Shown piece by piece: positions 46,021-60,027 of a stretch of DNA of 64,000 nt (the first letter of the stretch is position 1; each line of letters starts with the position of its first letter). A program made the translations under genes and the position numbers. Under the pieces are notes generated by a model. That model was given only the letters and a program-made list of their open reading frames with translations, was not told where the DNA came from and did not search any database. The DNA lies in assembly GCF_009914755.1 (NCBI RefSeq), contig NC_060945.1; one strand, 5' to 3'. The stretch comes from the human T2T-CHM13v2.0 reference genome, Homo sapiens.

Positions 46021-46957
46021 TGCAGATTAAAGTGAATTAAGGCTGGAATTTTTTTATTTGTTTTCTTTTGATTGACAGACACTGGATTTGATTTCTAGCC
46101 TGTGGCATACTCTAGAGACATTTCTTAGACAATCATCAAGATTGTTGATCTAATCTTTGAATACTGAACTCTGGTCATTTCAAAATAATAAAAGATCACA
46201 ATGCAAGAAATGCTGATGGATAAGCCCCAGGGACAGGCGAGATGTCATTCTCAGAAAGCCAGATAGAGTCAAAGTGAGAGGTCGATGATTATAATGCATG
46301 CCACTCACTACATGCCTTTGTGAATTTCACGGCTTTAGACCCAAACCATCTTCTGCTAACTTACCATGTCTCATTGTAAGAGTGTAGAGAAACTACAGCT
46401 GGAGAATCAATGGTTTTGCAGAAAAGTTTCCTAAATTATTGTACTACAAAGGGCAAGAGCTCATGTGAAAAGTAAAAACATACCTTTGGTGACAGGCTAG
46501 AGAATATTTCCTTCCTGGTATTCCCCCTCCTCCAGGCCAGTTAGTGAGGCCCTTGTTATCTTTTAAAAAAAGACATCTGTTTTGTAACATTTCACAGTAT
46601 ATCAGCATATTGGTGGTGGGTTTTGCCATCTACCAGACCTCTCAATTTCCCCCAGACCTATGGCTTGTTGGATTCAATGAAAGGATCCGTGTGGGAACAG
46701 TGAGGTACCCTAACGTCTGCCAGTCTGAGACACAAACAAAGGCCATGCACTGAAGGGCCAGCCGTCAACTGGATCAAAATAACCTGGAAAACACAGACAT
46801 CAAAACAGAAATGCCTACTGCATGTTAGGAATCTTTCTTTCTTTCTTTTTTTTTTTGCTTCTTATTTCTAAAGTTATATATCTAAACCTACATTAATGAT
46901 ACATCTATGTACAGTATTTAGCAGTTCTGTTCTATGGTACTTTTGTACATGCTGGGT

Positions 46958-46963
46958 TTTATT
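46958..46963 (-). terminator. Proximal polyadenylation signal candidate of KCNJ6
   Basis: AATAAA ~570 nt after the stop codon, in an AU-rich block with several UGUA elements. Confidence 0.55.
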
Positions 46964-47528
46964 ACTAATTACAAAAAGAAAATAATTACATAAGGCATAT
47001 ATATGTACAGTGGTTTGTCTTCAGCTCACCTGGGCCCTGTAACTGCCACACCCACATGGGGGCAAGCACCTCACCCTGTAGTAGATGAAATGAATTGGGA
47101 TCCATAAAACTGAGGGCTCCACTCTGTGTCTCACTGAATGAATAAATAGGCACCAGAAACCTTGCTTGTCATATCCCAGGTAAAATCTTTGACACACCTT
47201 TTTGAGTGATCTGGTATTGTACAACACATGCAGGTAAGTAACTGAAATCTCCAGGAGTTGGATGTGTAGTATTTTGGGAGGAGACCAGGCTTGGGCCACA
47301 AATGAGGGCACTTTGCACTTTCATCAAATCCATGTCTACCTTGTCAATCTGAATAACTGAGAGAGGGCAGGTAGATATTTTACACCTTGAAGATTTGTTT
47401 TCTGGTCATGTAAAAATTAAATATAAACAAATAAAGAACAAAGCAAGAGAGACAGAAAAAGAAAGAGAATGAGAGACAAGGAAAGATTGTGTTGGGGGGA
47501 GAAGAGAAGGGTTTGCCCAGCTAGGGCA

Positions 47529-47915
<387 letters not shown>

Positions 47916-48452
47916 TCACAGAGAGCCAGGAGGAGTACTGCATGCAGCTGTTGAGACTGACCTGCATACGATGCCACACTTAGTAGGTGTCATTCATGTT
48001 GTAGACACATGCTAATGTGCCATGGAGATTCCAGGCCTCTTAAGGGAGTCCTGGGGAACAATGAGAGAGTCCTGGCCCACATCAAGCCACATTTGCCTGC
48101 ATGGCCATGCACATGCAAAGGAAATCAAGTGTGCAAATGCACACAAGTTTTCGCATGTGCATGGCTATGTCTGGTCCACTCTGCTCTGGGAGAACCCTGA
48201 AGCCATGACTCTGGCCTCCTACTGCTCTTGGAGGTTTAGCCTGGGTTCTAATGGGATTTGAGCTCTTTGGCCACAGACTTAGAATGAAATTTCATATATG
48301 GAACTACACTTAGGCTGCTTTTAAGCTAGAGGCCACAGATCAGTGTTACCCTCCCACCTGCCATTAACACACAGGCCATGACTGTGGCTCCAGATGCAGT
48401 TGGAAGGGTCACCCACCTGAATTTGCACTTTACTTAGGCCCAGTGGTCATAG

Positions 48453-48803
<351 letters not shown>

Positions 48804-49084
48804 ACTTTTCCCTTTTCTTAAAGATAAGAAGCCTTTTTGTAATTTGCATAAAAGCACCACGTGAGCTACCAGCAGCCCTGGAGTCAGGAAGTAGCTTTCT
48901 CTTAAATATGAAATGGCAGAATGAGGAAAAGTCCAGCCACCTCCTTGGAAAATAAAAATAGGCAACAAGTGTGGCATAAGATATGAGAAATGACACGTGT
49001 GGTTTTTTAAAATTTTTTTCTGAGGTCAAAGAAATCTTTTATACAAATTCTCAGGAAATGAAAACATTCATTCAGTCATTAATC

Positions 49085-49329
49085 CAGGGCTGACTTCTCC
49101 ATTAGGCAAAAAGGCGTGGTGTCTATGGCCCATGATACTTTTAGAGGCCCGTGAAAATGTTTTAACTCTTTTAAAATCAGAAAAAGATAAACTTTTAGAT
49201 GGAATGGTAATATATTTATCTTTATGCCAACACAGTTGTAAAATATAACTTAAAACATTTTTTTAATGGGGCAAGGGGCTTACAAAGGCAAGCTCACCAG
49301 GGACTCATGAATATAATACTGTGGCCCTG
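49085..49329. mobile_element. Short hAT-type DNA element
   Basis: Inverted termini cagggc...gccctg around ~245 bp; family uncertain. Confidence 0.45.
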
Positions 49330-49899
49330 TGTCCATTCAGGAGAGCAGCCAGCCAGCCAGTCAGTATGTCATCTGTTAGGACCACCAATAAGTATTACGC
49401 AGCTGCTTTGTGCTGAATGCAGGTGGATTAGGGAGAAGAGAATACCTGTGAATGTTTACACAGAAGGATCCAGAGCTACACAACATTCCTGCAGCACTGC
49501 ATTTGCTCCTTGTGTCTAGAAGAAGAAACTGGGGTGCCAGGGACCTATGTGGTTGACTCAGCTACAGCTGTCAGAGCCTGAGCCAGCACCAGCCCTCACG
49601 CCAGCTCTGTGCTCTTCCTCTTAATCTCAAAACCGAAATGTGACCCTTTTTCAATGTTTCCCTGAATGACCCACAGAAGCCCCGCCTTTATGCCTCTAAA
49701 ACAAACATTGCAGGGCTTTTAGGTATTAGGAAAAAAAAGGTCAACACTGATTTGATTTTACTTCTCAAACAACGTTTCTCTTCTGAATTATTTTCTTTAT
49801 CTGTGCTTGAGGGTGGGGTGAAGACAGGTGATGGCAGTGATATGTGGGCTCAGAATGAGAAACAAACAGGAAGTCAAGAGGAAAAGGTGATCCAATAAC

Positions 49900-51565
49900 T
49901 CTTTTTCCACCAAGGAAGTACATGTTTATGGTAAAGTGGCTAGAAAATAGGGCTGTGATAACAGTTGGGGAAAATAGCAAGCTAATCAAAGAACAAAAAG
50001 AAATTCTGGGGAAAGAGGTTCACAGGGAGCTTTGGAAAGCTCTGACATATTCCTGAGAAACTAGAAGACCACATGCATGTGTAAGGCTGTGCACATGCCC
50101 AAGAAAAACCAGAGAAGGCCCTGAGCTCTCACTTCTGGTTGACACCGAGTCTCTGTGCAAGTAGGAGGTGAAGGTTAATGCAGTTGTAAAGTGCCTGACT
50201 GAATGTTGAAGGCACGTCCCACCATGTGCATAGAGACCCTTGACAAAGACTGGGAGATTTTTGGTTACTGGCTCTTAAGAGAATCTGTCTAATTATTAGC
50301 TGATCACTAAATTAACTGAGCAGAGACTTTAGTGGCCATATACACAAAAAGTACAGACCTTACAAAATTAGCTCAGGAAAGTTACTAAAAAACAAATAGC
50401 AATGGCAACAAAAAACTCTGAAAAGGAGGGAGAATCTGATTTTCAGGGTTACTACATTATATTACTTAAAATGCCTGTTTTCAACAAAAATTTATGACAC
50501 ATGCAAAGAAATAAGAAAGTATGTCCCATACACAGGAAGGCAAGCAGTCAATAGAAACTGTCCTTGAGGAAGCCTAGGCATTGGATTCACTAGAGAAAGA
50601 CTTTAAATCAGCTATTTGAAATATGTTCAAAGAACTAAAAGAAGCCATGTCTAAAGAACAAAAGGAAATTAGGGAAACACTGTTTCCCCAAATAAAGAAT
50701 ATCAATAATAAAAATAAGTTACATGTAAAATCCCAACATAAATTCTGAAGTAAAAAGTATAATAAATGAAAGAAAAGAATTACTACAGGAACTTAACAGA
50801 TTTGAGCTGGCAGAAGAGAATCAGTGAGCCTGAATATAGGTCAGTTGAAATTATTGAGGTATAGAAAGAAAAAAGAATGGAGAAAAATGAACAGTGCCTC
50901 AGAGACCTGTGGGACAGAGCAAGCATACCAACGTACGCATAATAGGAGCTCCAGAAGGAGAGTATAAAGAGAAAATAGCAGAAGGATTATGTGAAGACGT
51001 AATGACTGGAAAGTCTTTAGTTCAATGAAAACCATTAATCTATACATCTAAAAAACTTAACAAACCACAAGTAAGGTGAACCCAAAGAGATTCACACTGA
51101 GACACATCATAATCAAACTGTTGAAACATGACGATGAAGGTAGAATCTTGAAGGCAGCAAAAGATAAACAACTCATTACATGCAAGTGATTTTCAATGAT
51201 ATTAATAGCTTATTCCTCATTAGAAACCATGGAAGCCAGAAGGCCATGAGAAGACATTATTAAAAGCACTGAAAGAAAAAGACTGGCAACCAAGATTCCA
51301 TATCCAGCAAAATTATCCTTCACAAATGAAGGAGAAATGAAGCCATTCCATGAACAAAAATGGAGAGACTTTGTTGCTAGCAGACTTGTACTCCAAGAAA
51401 TAATAAACGGAGTCCTTCAGACTAAAATAAAAAGACACTAGATAGTAACTCAGATGAGAACAGGTGTGTTCAGGGTGGTATGGCCATAGACTAGACCGTA
51501 ACTCAAATCCACATGAAGAAATAAAGAACACTGGAAAAAGTAACTACATAGGTAAATATAAATGT
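49900..51565 (+). mobile_element. Old L1 5'UTR/ORF1 fragment
   Basis: agactttaaatcagctatt, gcctcagagacctgtgggac, cacatcataatcaaactgttgaa and tatccagcaaaattatccttca are L1M ORF1 hallmarks. Confidence 0.85.
51450..51491 (-). pseudogene. 5S rRNA fragment (nt 1-42), tailless retropseudogene
   Basis: Minus strand gtctatggccataccaccctgaacacacctgttctcatctga versus 5S GTCTACGGCCATACCACCCTGAACGCGCCCGATCTCGTCTGA (mismatches mostly CpG decay); flanks tagatagtaactca / tagaccgtaactca. Confidence 0.9.
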
Positions 51566-51746
51566 TTTTCTCCAGCATGATTTTAAGGTTATTCCATTTT
51601 ATGGCAATTATACTATTCCATTATATGAATATATCATGGTTTTATTTAATCAATAAAACAAAGTGATCCAAAATATGTGGTGGGTCTGTTTGTTGGGGGA
51701 AATATTAATAATATTGGCTTGGTTTGTGTAGGTTGTCTTAAGTGTA

Positions 51747-52131
51747 CTATTATGGGCTGAATTGTGCACCCCCACCCCCACATTCATATGCTGAAGTCCT
51801 AATCTCCGGTATTTCAGAATGTGACATGTTTGAGATGGGATCTTTAAAGAGTTAATCAAATTAAAATAAGGTCATACTGGTGGGCCCTAGTCCAATATAA
51901 TTGATGTCCTTATAAGAAGAGGAAATTAGGACACAGACACACACAGAGGAAAGATTATGTGAACAGAGGGAGGAGATGGCCATCTACAAGCCAAGGAGAG
52001 GGGTCTCAGAAGAACCAGCCCTGTTCACATTTTGTTCTCAGACATCTACCATCCAGCCTTGTGAGAAAATAAATTTCTGATGTTTAAGCCACTCAGTCTG
52101 TGGTACTTTGTTATGGCAGCAAACTCAATAC
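51747..52131 (+). mobile_element. MLT1A/B LTR
   Basis: tatgggctgaattgtg...tttaagccactcagtctgtggtactttgttatggcagc...aataca. Confidence 0.88.
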
Positions 52132-52504
52132 ACTTACTGACTTCTATAGGGAGAGGAAAATACCTTTCCGTAGTGCCATTTGAAGAGGAGTATTTAATTT
52201 ATGTAATAAGTAAGATTTAAGTAAATGCTCATGGATGCTTTTCCAATTTTTATTCATTTTTATATCAGAACTCATTTAAAAAAGGATAAAAAAGAATATT
52301 AATGTTTGCCTATCAGTAAAATATTAAAAAGTATTTCTGGGGTAAATTGATAATTTTCTTCAGAAAAATTCCTGTCTTACGTATTGACTTAGGTCCCAGT
52401 CCAGTCTTTAAAACTGTGATGTTTTACTGAATTTGGAAAAGTAGCAAAATAAAACCAACTGAGTTAGCCTCATAAGCAAGGCAGAACTGCCAAGATGACA
52501 TCTC

Positions 52505-52528
52505 TGTGTGTGTGTGTGTGTGTGTGTG
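52505..52528. repeat. (TG)n microsatellite
   Basis: Read directly from the sequence. Confidence 0.9.
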
Positions 52529-52683
52529 GTGTTTATGTTCCATATCAGGGACATCATCATAAAGGCTCCCAGAACTAGGTTATTTTGTGAGTAAAGTACT
52601 TTCTGGAAAAAGAGATGCTTCATTTGGTGAAGAGCAAAACGTGGAAAACCTGATCTTGATCTCCTTTGAGCATGCAGTCATAG

Positions 52684-53774
52684 GTGTCTGTTTTTCTTAT
52701 TGTATTGTGAATGCCTTGAGGATCTATTTGTCTTGTTTATTTCCATATTCCTTAGCATTTGCACAGTGCTTCAATATTGGAGGTTCCCAATAAGTACTTG
52801 CTAAGTGAAAAGAGTGGACTTGGGGAACTATACAGAAACAGCTTAATATTGTTCGTTGGCCATGTCTGAATTTATTATTAAATAAAAAGATGGCTTGTGA
52901 GTCATTAGAAAAGAAAGTGGGAGATTTCTGCTTCCATCATCATGTCAGTCTGCATATGAAGGACCCTTAGCTAAGATATAACACAATGCTGGAAAATTAC
53001 AAAATGTCTTACCTTTCGTTTTATGTATTTGACAAGTAAAAATTATACATATTGATGGTGTACATGATATTTTGATATACGTGTATGTTGTGAAAAGGCT
53101 AAGTCTAGCTAATTAACATAGCCATTACCTCACACACTTATTTTTTTGTTGTGAGAACATTTAAAATCTACTCTTAGCAATTTTTGGGTATATAATGCAT
53201 TGTTGTTAATGGTAGTTGCCATTTGCATTTCTATTTTTGTGACAGTGCTTGTCCTCTCCTTTATCTTGAATGCCCTTCCCATAGTAAAATGCTGCTCATC
53301 TTTCAAGAGCTAACTAATGTGTGGTCTCCTTTCCAAAGCACATTGTGACCAACCAGTCTCTTGCTGGAACTATCGAGTTCCAGGCCACCATAACACTTCA
53401 GTGACCTATCACAGCACTTATCAGAGTGTTTTACAGCAGTTATATGTGTCTGTTTTCCTTGCTGAATTGTGAATGCCCTGAGGATCTATTGGTCTTATTT
53501 CCATATTCCTTAGCATTTAGCACAGTGCTTCAACATTGGAGGTTCCCAGCAAGTACTTATGGTTAAGTGAAAAGAGTAGACTTAGAGAACCATACAGAAA
53601 CAGCTTAATATCGTTCATTGGCCATGTCTGAAATGTATTATTAATGTTAAATAAAAAGATTGCTTGTGAGTCATTAGAAAAGAAAGTGGGAGATTACTGC
53701 TTCCAGCGTCATGTCTGTCTGCAGATGAAGGACCCTCAGCTAAAATATAATACAATGCTGGAAAAGTACAAAAT
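52684..53774 (+). repeat. Local direct duplication of ~320 bp (52684-53005 and 53446-53774)
   Basis: The two copies align end to end (gtgtctgttt...gaggatctatt...tgagtcattagaaaagaaagtgggagatt...acaaaat) with scattered mismatches. Confidence 0.92.
53020..53225 (-). mobile_element. L1 3' end (L1MA-like)
   Basis: ctaattaacatagccattacctcaca...gagaacatttaaaatctactcttagcaattt. Confidence 0.8.
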
Positions 53775-53799
53775 TCATAATTTGAATTAAACCTGAGTT

Positions 53800-56700
53800 C
53801 AATAAAAGCAAGAGATGAGCCTTCTGGGGCTGGTGAAGAGGGAATAACACGCCTATTCCTTCCCACCAAGTATAGTTGAGGCCTCTGGACAATGTACAAA
53901 ATGAAACCACCTGAAGACTCTAGAAAGTTCACAATAGCAGGACGATTGGAGAAGGGAGTCAAAACTTGAGGAATGAATCGTCTGAGGATAAATTTTTCTG
54001 CCTTCCTCTTTTATTTTCTGGCTTTAACCTGAGAGTGGCCCCAGTGTAGAACTGGGGCCCCAATGCAGAACAAGTGCTGGCAAGAAAATCTCAGAGAGAA
54101 ACCCTGCCTTTCTAACCGGAGGACCAGGAAAAGGTGCTGCTGTGAGTCAGAGACGGGAGTGGGAATCCCCGTTAATTGAGTGTGAGGACTTCCCCACCAG
54201 CCCTGAGTGCAGCCTTTGTCCTCAGCTGCTCTGCAGTGCAGCGGTGACACAGGTGCCAAAAACTGAGAGAGAGCCTGTCTTTTTGGACCGAGTATTGGGA
54301 AAGGGGAATTCCAGGGACCAGAGTTTGTGGCTGCATTTTCCTCTTTCCTCTGACTGCTTTACCCTAAGAGTGGCCCCGATTGTGTAAAACAATGCAGCAG
54401 CCCAGGTGGCTCAAATGCTGAGCAAGTCTTGGCTTTAGAGAAAGAAGTATCAGAAAAGGAGGCCCGGGAGCTGAAAGTGGGGGCCGACCGGGGGGAGGGG
54501 TGGATCTCACAGAGGAGAGAACTGGAGAAGAGGATTTCCAGATTCTGTGTATGAATTGATATAATCGTGAGCTTTGCATGCACAGGACGGAAAACAATAA
54601 GAAAAGATGAACTTAAAAATTACCTCGTTTTGGAATATATGACCACACTTCTAAATGTCAAAGAAGAAACCATAATGGAAATTTGATAGTACTTAGGACT
54701 GAGTGATATTGAAATTCTAAATATAAAAATTAAAGGGCATATAGAAAGTAAGAAAAATTTATATGCCTAAATGCATATATTAGAAAACAAGAAAGTCTGA
54801 ACATTAATGTTTAGAATATTCAACTGAAGACATTAGGAAATGAACAACAGAATTAATTCACGGGAAATAGGCAACAAAGATCATTGTATAAATTAATAAA
54901 ATATAAAACAAGTCAACCACAGTGAGAATCAATAAAGGCAAAAGTTGTTTTTTGAAAAGTCTAGTAAAATAGACAAATCTCTGATCAGACTGGCCAAGTA
55001 AAAGGTGTAGAAGGCAAAAATAAATGGCATTGGGAACTCAAAGGTATACATAACTTTAGAAACAGCAGAGACTGAAAACACAAAAGGAGATTATAATAAC
55101 TTAAAAATATAGACGAAATGGACAATTTTCTAAATCATATAAATTACCAATACTTATTTAAGTAAAAATAAAAAGCAGAGATACCTTATAACCAATTATG
55201 AAATTGAGCCAGTGATTAAAAACTTGCCATAAAGAAATTACAAAGCCCAGACAATCTTAAAGATGAGTTCAATGAAATATTCTAGGAAGAAATCATGATA
55301 ATTTTACATAAACTCTCCTAGGAAATAGAAGAATCATTTCCTAACTCATTCTATAAGGCAAATAATCTTGATAATAAAGTCATAAATATAGTACAAGAAA
55401 GAGAGAAAAAAAGGGAGAACACAAGCCCATATTATTCACTTGTGTAGCTACAAGAATCCTAGAAGAAATATTAGCAAACCAAATCTAACAGTTTAGAAAA
55501 AAAGACACCATGATCAAGTTGGGTTTATTCCAAGGAATGCAAGGGTGGTTTAACCTTAGAATACTGATCATATAATTTATCATGTTAAAAGATTGAAAGA
55601 TCATTTAAATATGTGCATAGAATTCATTTGATAAAATTCAAAAACCACTTATGATGAAACTTCTTAATAAACTTTGAATATGAGACCAACTGTATCTACC
55701 AAAAATCTAAACAATCATTATTTTTGATGATGATGATGATCAAAAGTTAGGATTGTTTAAAGTCAGGACCAGTGATTTTAAATACAGATGCAGTAAATGC
55801 TTGCTATCACCTTTTCTATTCAGTATTTTACCAAAGGCCTTTGCCAGTAAAAATAAGATAAATACAATAATTTGATTCAAAAATAAATGAAACTTTCATT
55901 ATTTGCAGATAATATAACTGTGTACATAGAAAATCCACAAGAGTAGTACAACTATTAGGATTACTAAGAATGTTTAGCAAGGTGGCTAGAATTTAAAAAT
56001 CTATGCAGAAAACTTATGTATCTTTTTATATACCAGCAACAAATAAAAGACATAACAGCAACCCTTCACCATTTCCTCTAGCAACAAAAAAAACCCTAGA
56101 AATCAATCTAATAATAGAAATATAAAACCTTTATGACAATTTACAAATTATACAATTTGGGAGACAGTAAGGAAGATTTAAATAAATGGAGAGATATATC
56201 ATGTTCATGGATAGGATGATTAAACATCCTAAAGATGTCAGTTTTTCCCAAGTTACTTTATAGATTCAATACAATCCCAACAAAACATTCTTAAAGTCAA
56301 AAAAAAAATGGATTTGACAAATCCTTTCTTACACCATGAGGAAGTACAAAGACTCAAAAGTCAAAACACTCCTGGAGAAGAACAAACTGTAGGGACTCAC
56401 TCTATTAGATCACAGGACATATTTAGTAAGTATGGACATGTGCAACAGGAAACACGTATGATTATGTTCATAGCAGTTGTTATACTTTGGATATTTGTCC
56501 TCTCCAAATCCCAGGTTGAAATTGGATCCCCAGTGTTGAGGGTGGGGCCTGATGGAAGGTGTTTGGGTCATGGGGTGCTTGGTGCCACGCCCAAGGTAAT
56601 GAGTAAGTTCTCGTTCTATCAGTTCTCATGAGAACTGACTGTTTAAAAAGAGCCTGGCACCTCCATCCCCTCTCTCTCTTCCTTTCTCTCTTGCCATGTG

Positions 56701-57130
56701 AGCGTCATGCACCTGCTCCCTTTTCCCCTTCTGCAATGAGTGGAAGCTTCCTGAAGCCCTCACCAGAGGCCGGGGCCATGCTTCCTGTACAGCCTGCAGA
56801 ATCAAGAACCAAATGAACCTCTTTTCTTCATAAATTACCCAGCCTCAGGTATTCCTTTATAGTAACACAATGAACTAGGACAGCAGTATCATTTTTAACA
56901 AATTGGAAACAACCCAACTGTCCATTGACAGACAATGGCATATATTCACCTAGTGGAATTTTAAGAAGTACTAATAAGTAAATTACACATGCAGGGTCTA
57001 ATATAGATGAATCTTAGAAACATAATATTCCACAAAAAAGCAAGTTTTATAAAATTTAAAAATATACCACTTTTATGAAGTTAAAATAAGCATAAGTGAA
57101 TAATATAGTATTTAGGAATACATACAAATC
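53800..57130 (+). mobile_element. Old L1 (L1M/L1ME) 5'UTR-like, ORF2 and 3' fragments
   Basis: catgatcaagttgggtttattccaaggaatgcaagggtggtttaac, tttgcagataatata and ttaaataaatggagagatat are L1 ORF2 hallmarks. Confidence 0.8.
56478..56882 (+). mobile_element. MST-family solo LTR (MSTB-like)
   Basis: TG...CA ends; TSD gcagt; cttcctgtacagcctgcagaa...aaattacccagcctcaggtattcctttatag. Confidence 0.9.
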
Positions 57131-57131
57131 A

Positions 57132-57425
57132 TTTTTTTTTTTTTTTCAGACAGAGTCTCACTCTGTCACCCAGGCTGGAGTGCAGTGGCATGATCTTGGC
57201 TCATTGCAGTTTCTCCCTCCTGGGTTCAAGTGATTCTTGTGTCTCAGCCTCCTGAGGAGCTGGGATTACAGGCTTGCACCACCACGGCTGCTAATTTTTG
57301 TATTTTTTGTAGAGATGGGTTTCGCCATGTTGGCCAGGCTGGTCTCGAACTCCTGGCCTCAAGTGATCTGCCCACCTTGGCCTCCCAAAGTGTGGGATTA
57401 CAGGCATGAGCCACCATGCACAGCC
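57132..57425 (-). mobile_element. Alu
   Basis: Full-length antisense Alu. Confidence 0.93.
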
Positions 57426-57582
57426 AAATCACTTTGTGGTTTTTTTTAAAGAAAGCAAGGGAATGTTAAAAACAAGTAGTTATATTGGGGTGAGAAAGGA
57501 ATATAGAAGTAGATATAATGGTTAGCAGTGTTCTAGCTCTTAAATTGAGTGGCCAAGTTACAAGTATTTTATATAATATTAC

Positions 57583-57887
57583 TTTATTTTATTTATTTAT
57601 TATTTTGAGATGGAGTCTTACTCTGTTGCCCAGGCTGGAGTGCAGTGGTGTGATCTGGGCTTACTGCAACCTCCGCCTCCCAGGTTCAAGAGATCCTTCC
57701 CCCAAGCCTCCCAAGTAGCTTGGAGTATAGGCGCTTGCCAGCACGCCCGGCTAATTTTTGTATTTTTAGTAGAGATGGGGTTTTGCCATGTTGGACAGGC
57801 TGGTCTCGAATTCCTGACCTCAGGTGATCTGCCTGCCTCAGCCTCCCAAAGTGCTGGGATTACAGGTGTGAGCCACCGCACCTGGCC
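57583..57887 (-). mobile_element. Alu (AluSx-like)
   Basis: Full-length antisense Alu. Confidence 0.93.
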
Positions 57888-57892
57888 TATTA

Positions 57893-58185
57893 TTTTGTTT
57901 TTTTGAGACAGGGTCTCTCTCTGTTGCCCAGGCTGTAATGCAGTGGCAAGATCTTGGCTCACTGCAGCCTCAACCTCCCCAGGCTTAGGTGATCCTCCCA
58001 CTTCAGCCTCCTGAGTAGCTGGGATTACAGGCATGTGCCACCACACCTGACTATTTTTGTATTTTTTGTAGAGATGGGTTTTTGCCATGTTGCCCAGGCT
58101 GGTCACGAGTTTCCAAGCTCAATTGATCTGTCTGCCTTAGCCTCCCAAAGTGTTGGGATTACAGGCATGCGCCACCACACCCAGC
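57893..58185 (-). mobile_element. Alu (AluJ-like)
   Basis: Antisense Alu directly adjacent to the previous one. Confidence 0.92.
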
Positions 58186-58399
58186 TAAATTACAAGTGTT
58201 TTATTATCACATTTTATAACAATATGTGAGGTACATTATTTTGTACTTATCAAGTACTATATTAAAAAATCACCTAATTCCATTTTTGTTGGAAATTTTT
58301 TGTATTACACTGCTTGTAATTATTCATGCAAAGGTCCTTCTTGTTCAGTGTTTTCAGAACCATTAACTATTCACGTATTTGGTGGTGGGTAGGGGAGAG

Positions 58400-58712
58400 C
58401 TACTGGTCTAAGTCCTGGGCTCTGAAGGTCTGAGAACGTGGAGTACTGATGTCTGAGGGAGAGGATGGACACCCATCTCTAGAAGAGAGAGCTGATTTCC
58501 CTTTTCCCTGCCTTTTCCCTGTTCTATCTGGGTCCTCAATGGATTGGATGGTGCCCACCCACACAGGTGAGGGCAGATCTTCTTTACTCACTTCAGATTC
58601 AAATGCCAGTCTCTTCTGGAAACACCCTCACAGACACACCCATAAATAATGTCTTATTAGCTACCTGGGTATCCCCAGCGCAGTCAAACTGACACGCAAA
58701 CTCACCCAGGAC
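58400..58712 (-). mobile_element. MLT2 LTR fragment
   Basis: ggattggatggtgcccaccca...aaatgccagtctcttctggaaacaccctcacagacacaccc...cagtcaaactgaca. Confidence 0.85.
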
Positions 58713-60027
58713 AGGAAGGCTGCTTGATTTCCACAGTGTTGTCTGAACTAAGTTATTTCTCCAAAGGGTGTGTAGGAGTGTGCGTGTGTGCGTAGCTTTT
58801 AACAATTATTTCATTCCGCAGTTTCTCCACTGAGAGCTTCTCTGTCTGGATGCCTAGTTATTCTTCCAAGAGTTAAGCTTGCAGGGACATGCATGCAAAC
58901 AACCTGTCTTTGGGTGGCCGTTTCATTCCCAATAAGACCATGTGAGAAGGAGAGCTTGGAGGGGAAGGGAGTGCGTGTTACGGGTGGTGATTGCAAAGCT
59001 CACTCTGCCTAGGATCCAGGAAAACAGACTGAAACATAGCTAAGGAATGTGCCATAGGCACTGAGCAAACACAGGGGCAGGCCCTGCAAGATGGAGATTT
59101 AACAGGCAAAGCCCTATTTTTAGATCCTGTGACAAATTATGGTGGGAGAAGTTTGTGTGCAGAATACCAATATGATGAAAGTCATCCTCATGAGAGAACC
59201 CCCTGGACAAAGCCAGAGGTATAGTCAATACATAGACAATACATGAAAACAGCCTGGAGGATATGATTCCAATAAAATTAGATGGATACAAACCACTCTC
59301 ACCACTTCTGAATACTGTAAAATGAATCTGTATTGCCAATATTCAAAAACAGAACTGATTGTAGACACTTAACCATTTTATTTCAAACACCAGGCTACAT
59401 AGATGATGTTTTCCTTTTCCTTTACTCCTGTGCCCATTCTCAATAAGAACTGTGCTGAATCAGTGCAGTAATAAAGTGTTGTGCACTTAGAAGTCAGTGC
59501 TGGGTCGCTTTTCATGTGGGAGAATGATGTTGGTGATTAACCAAGCCCAGTGTCAAAAAGAAGCAGGATAGTGTGATTTCTGGCATAATCATGGTTTTAG
59601 TTCATTAGGTTTTGCCAACTGCCGAACATTTAAATAACGATGAGCCCTGCCCTAGGCTCAGGTTAAAAATCCCTTCAATGAACAGTTGTGTTTCTTCTAT
59701 TACCCAAATATTAGAGGGCCAGTGAGGGTCACCTCCAGTTATGCAAAAACAAATGGAAGTGTGGATTTTTAAAAATGTCTAAAAAAGATCCTACATGTGT
59801 ACTCCTAATTCTATTCTCACCAAGGTCATTGATAAGTGTATAAATTAAGTATTGAATTAAGTAAGAAATGTTATTTATTGAGTGTTTACTGTGTGCTGGG
59901 CTCAGTGTGTGCTCGGTGTGAGCCAACCATCTGGTCCCTGAAACAGTCTTCTCAGACAGATGCTATGATCTTATGTGTGAGCAAACTAAGGCAAAGACAG
60001 ATTAAGTAACTTCTCTGGGTCACATAG

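Noticed and set aside
46832-46856. Possible KCNJ6 transcript end at the A-rich tract
   Set aside because: A genomic A-run on the sense strand would cause oligo-dT internal priming, so it cannot be called a real poly(A) site.
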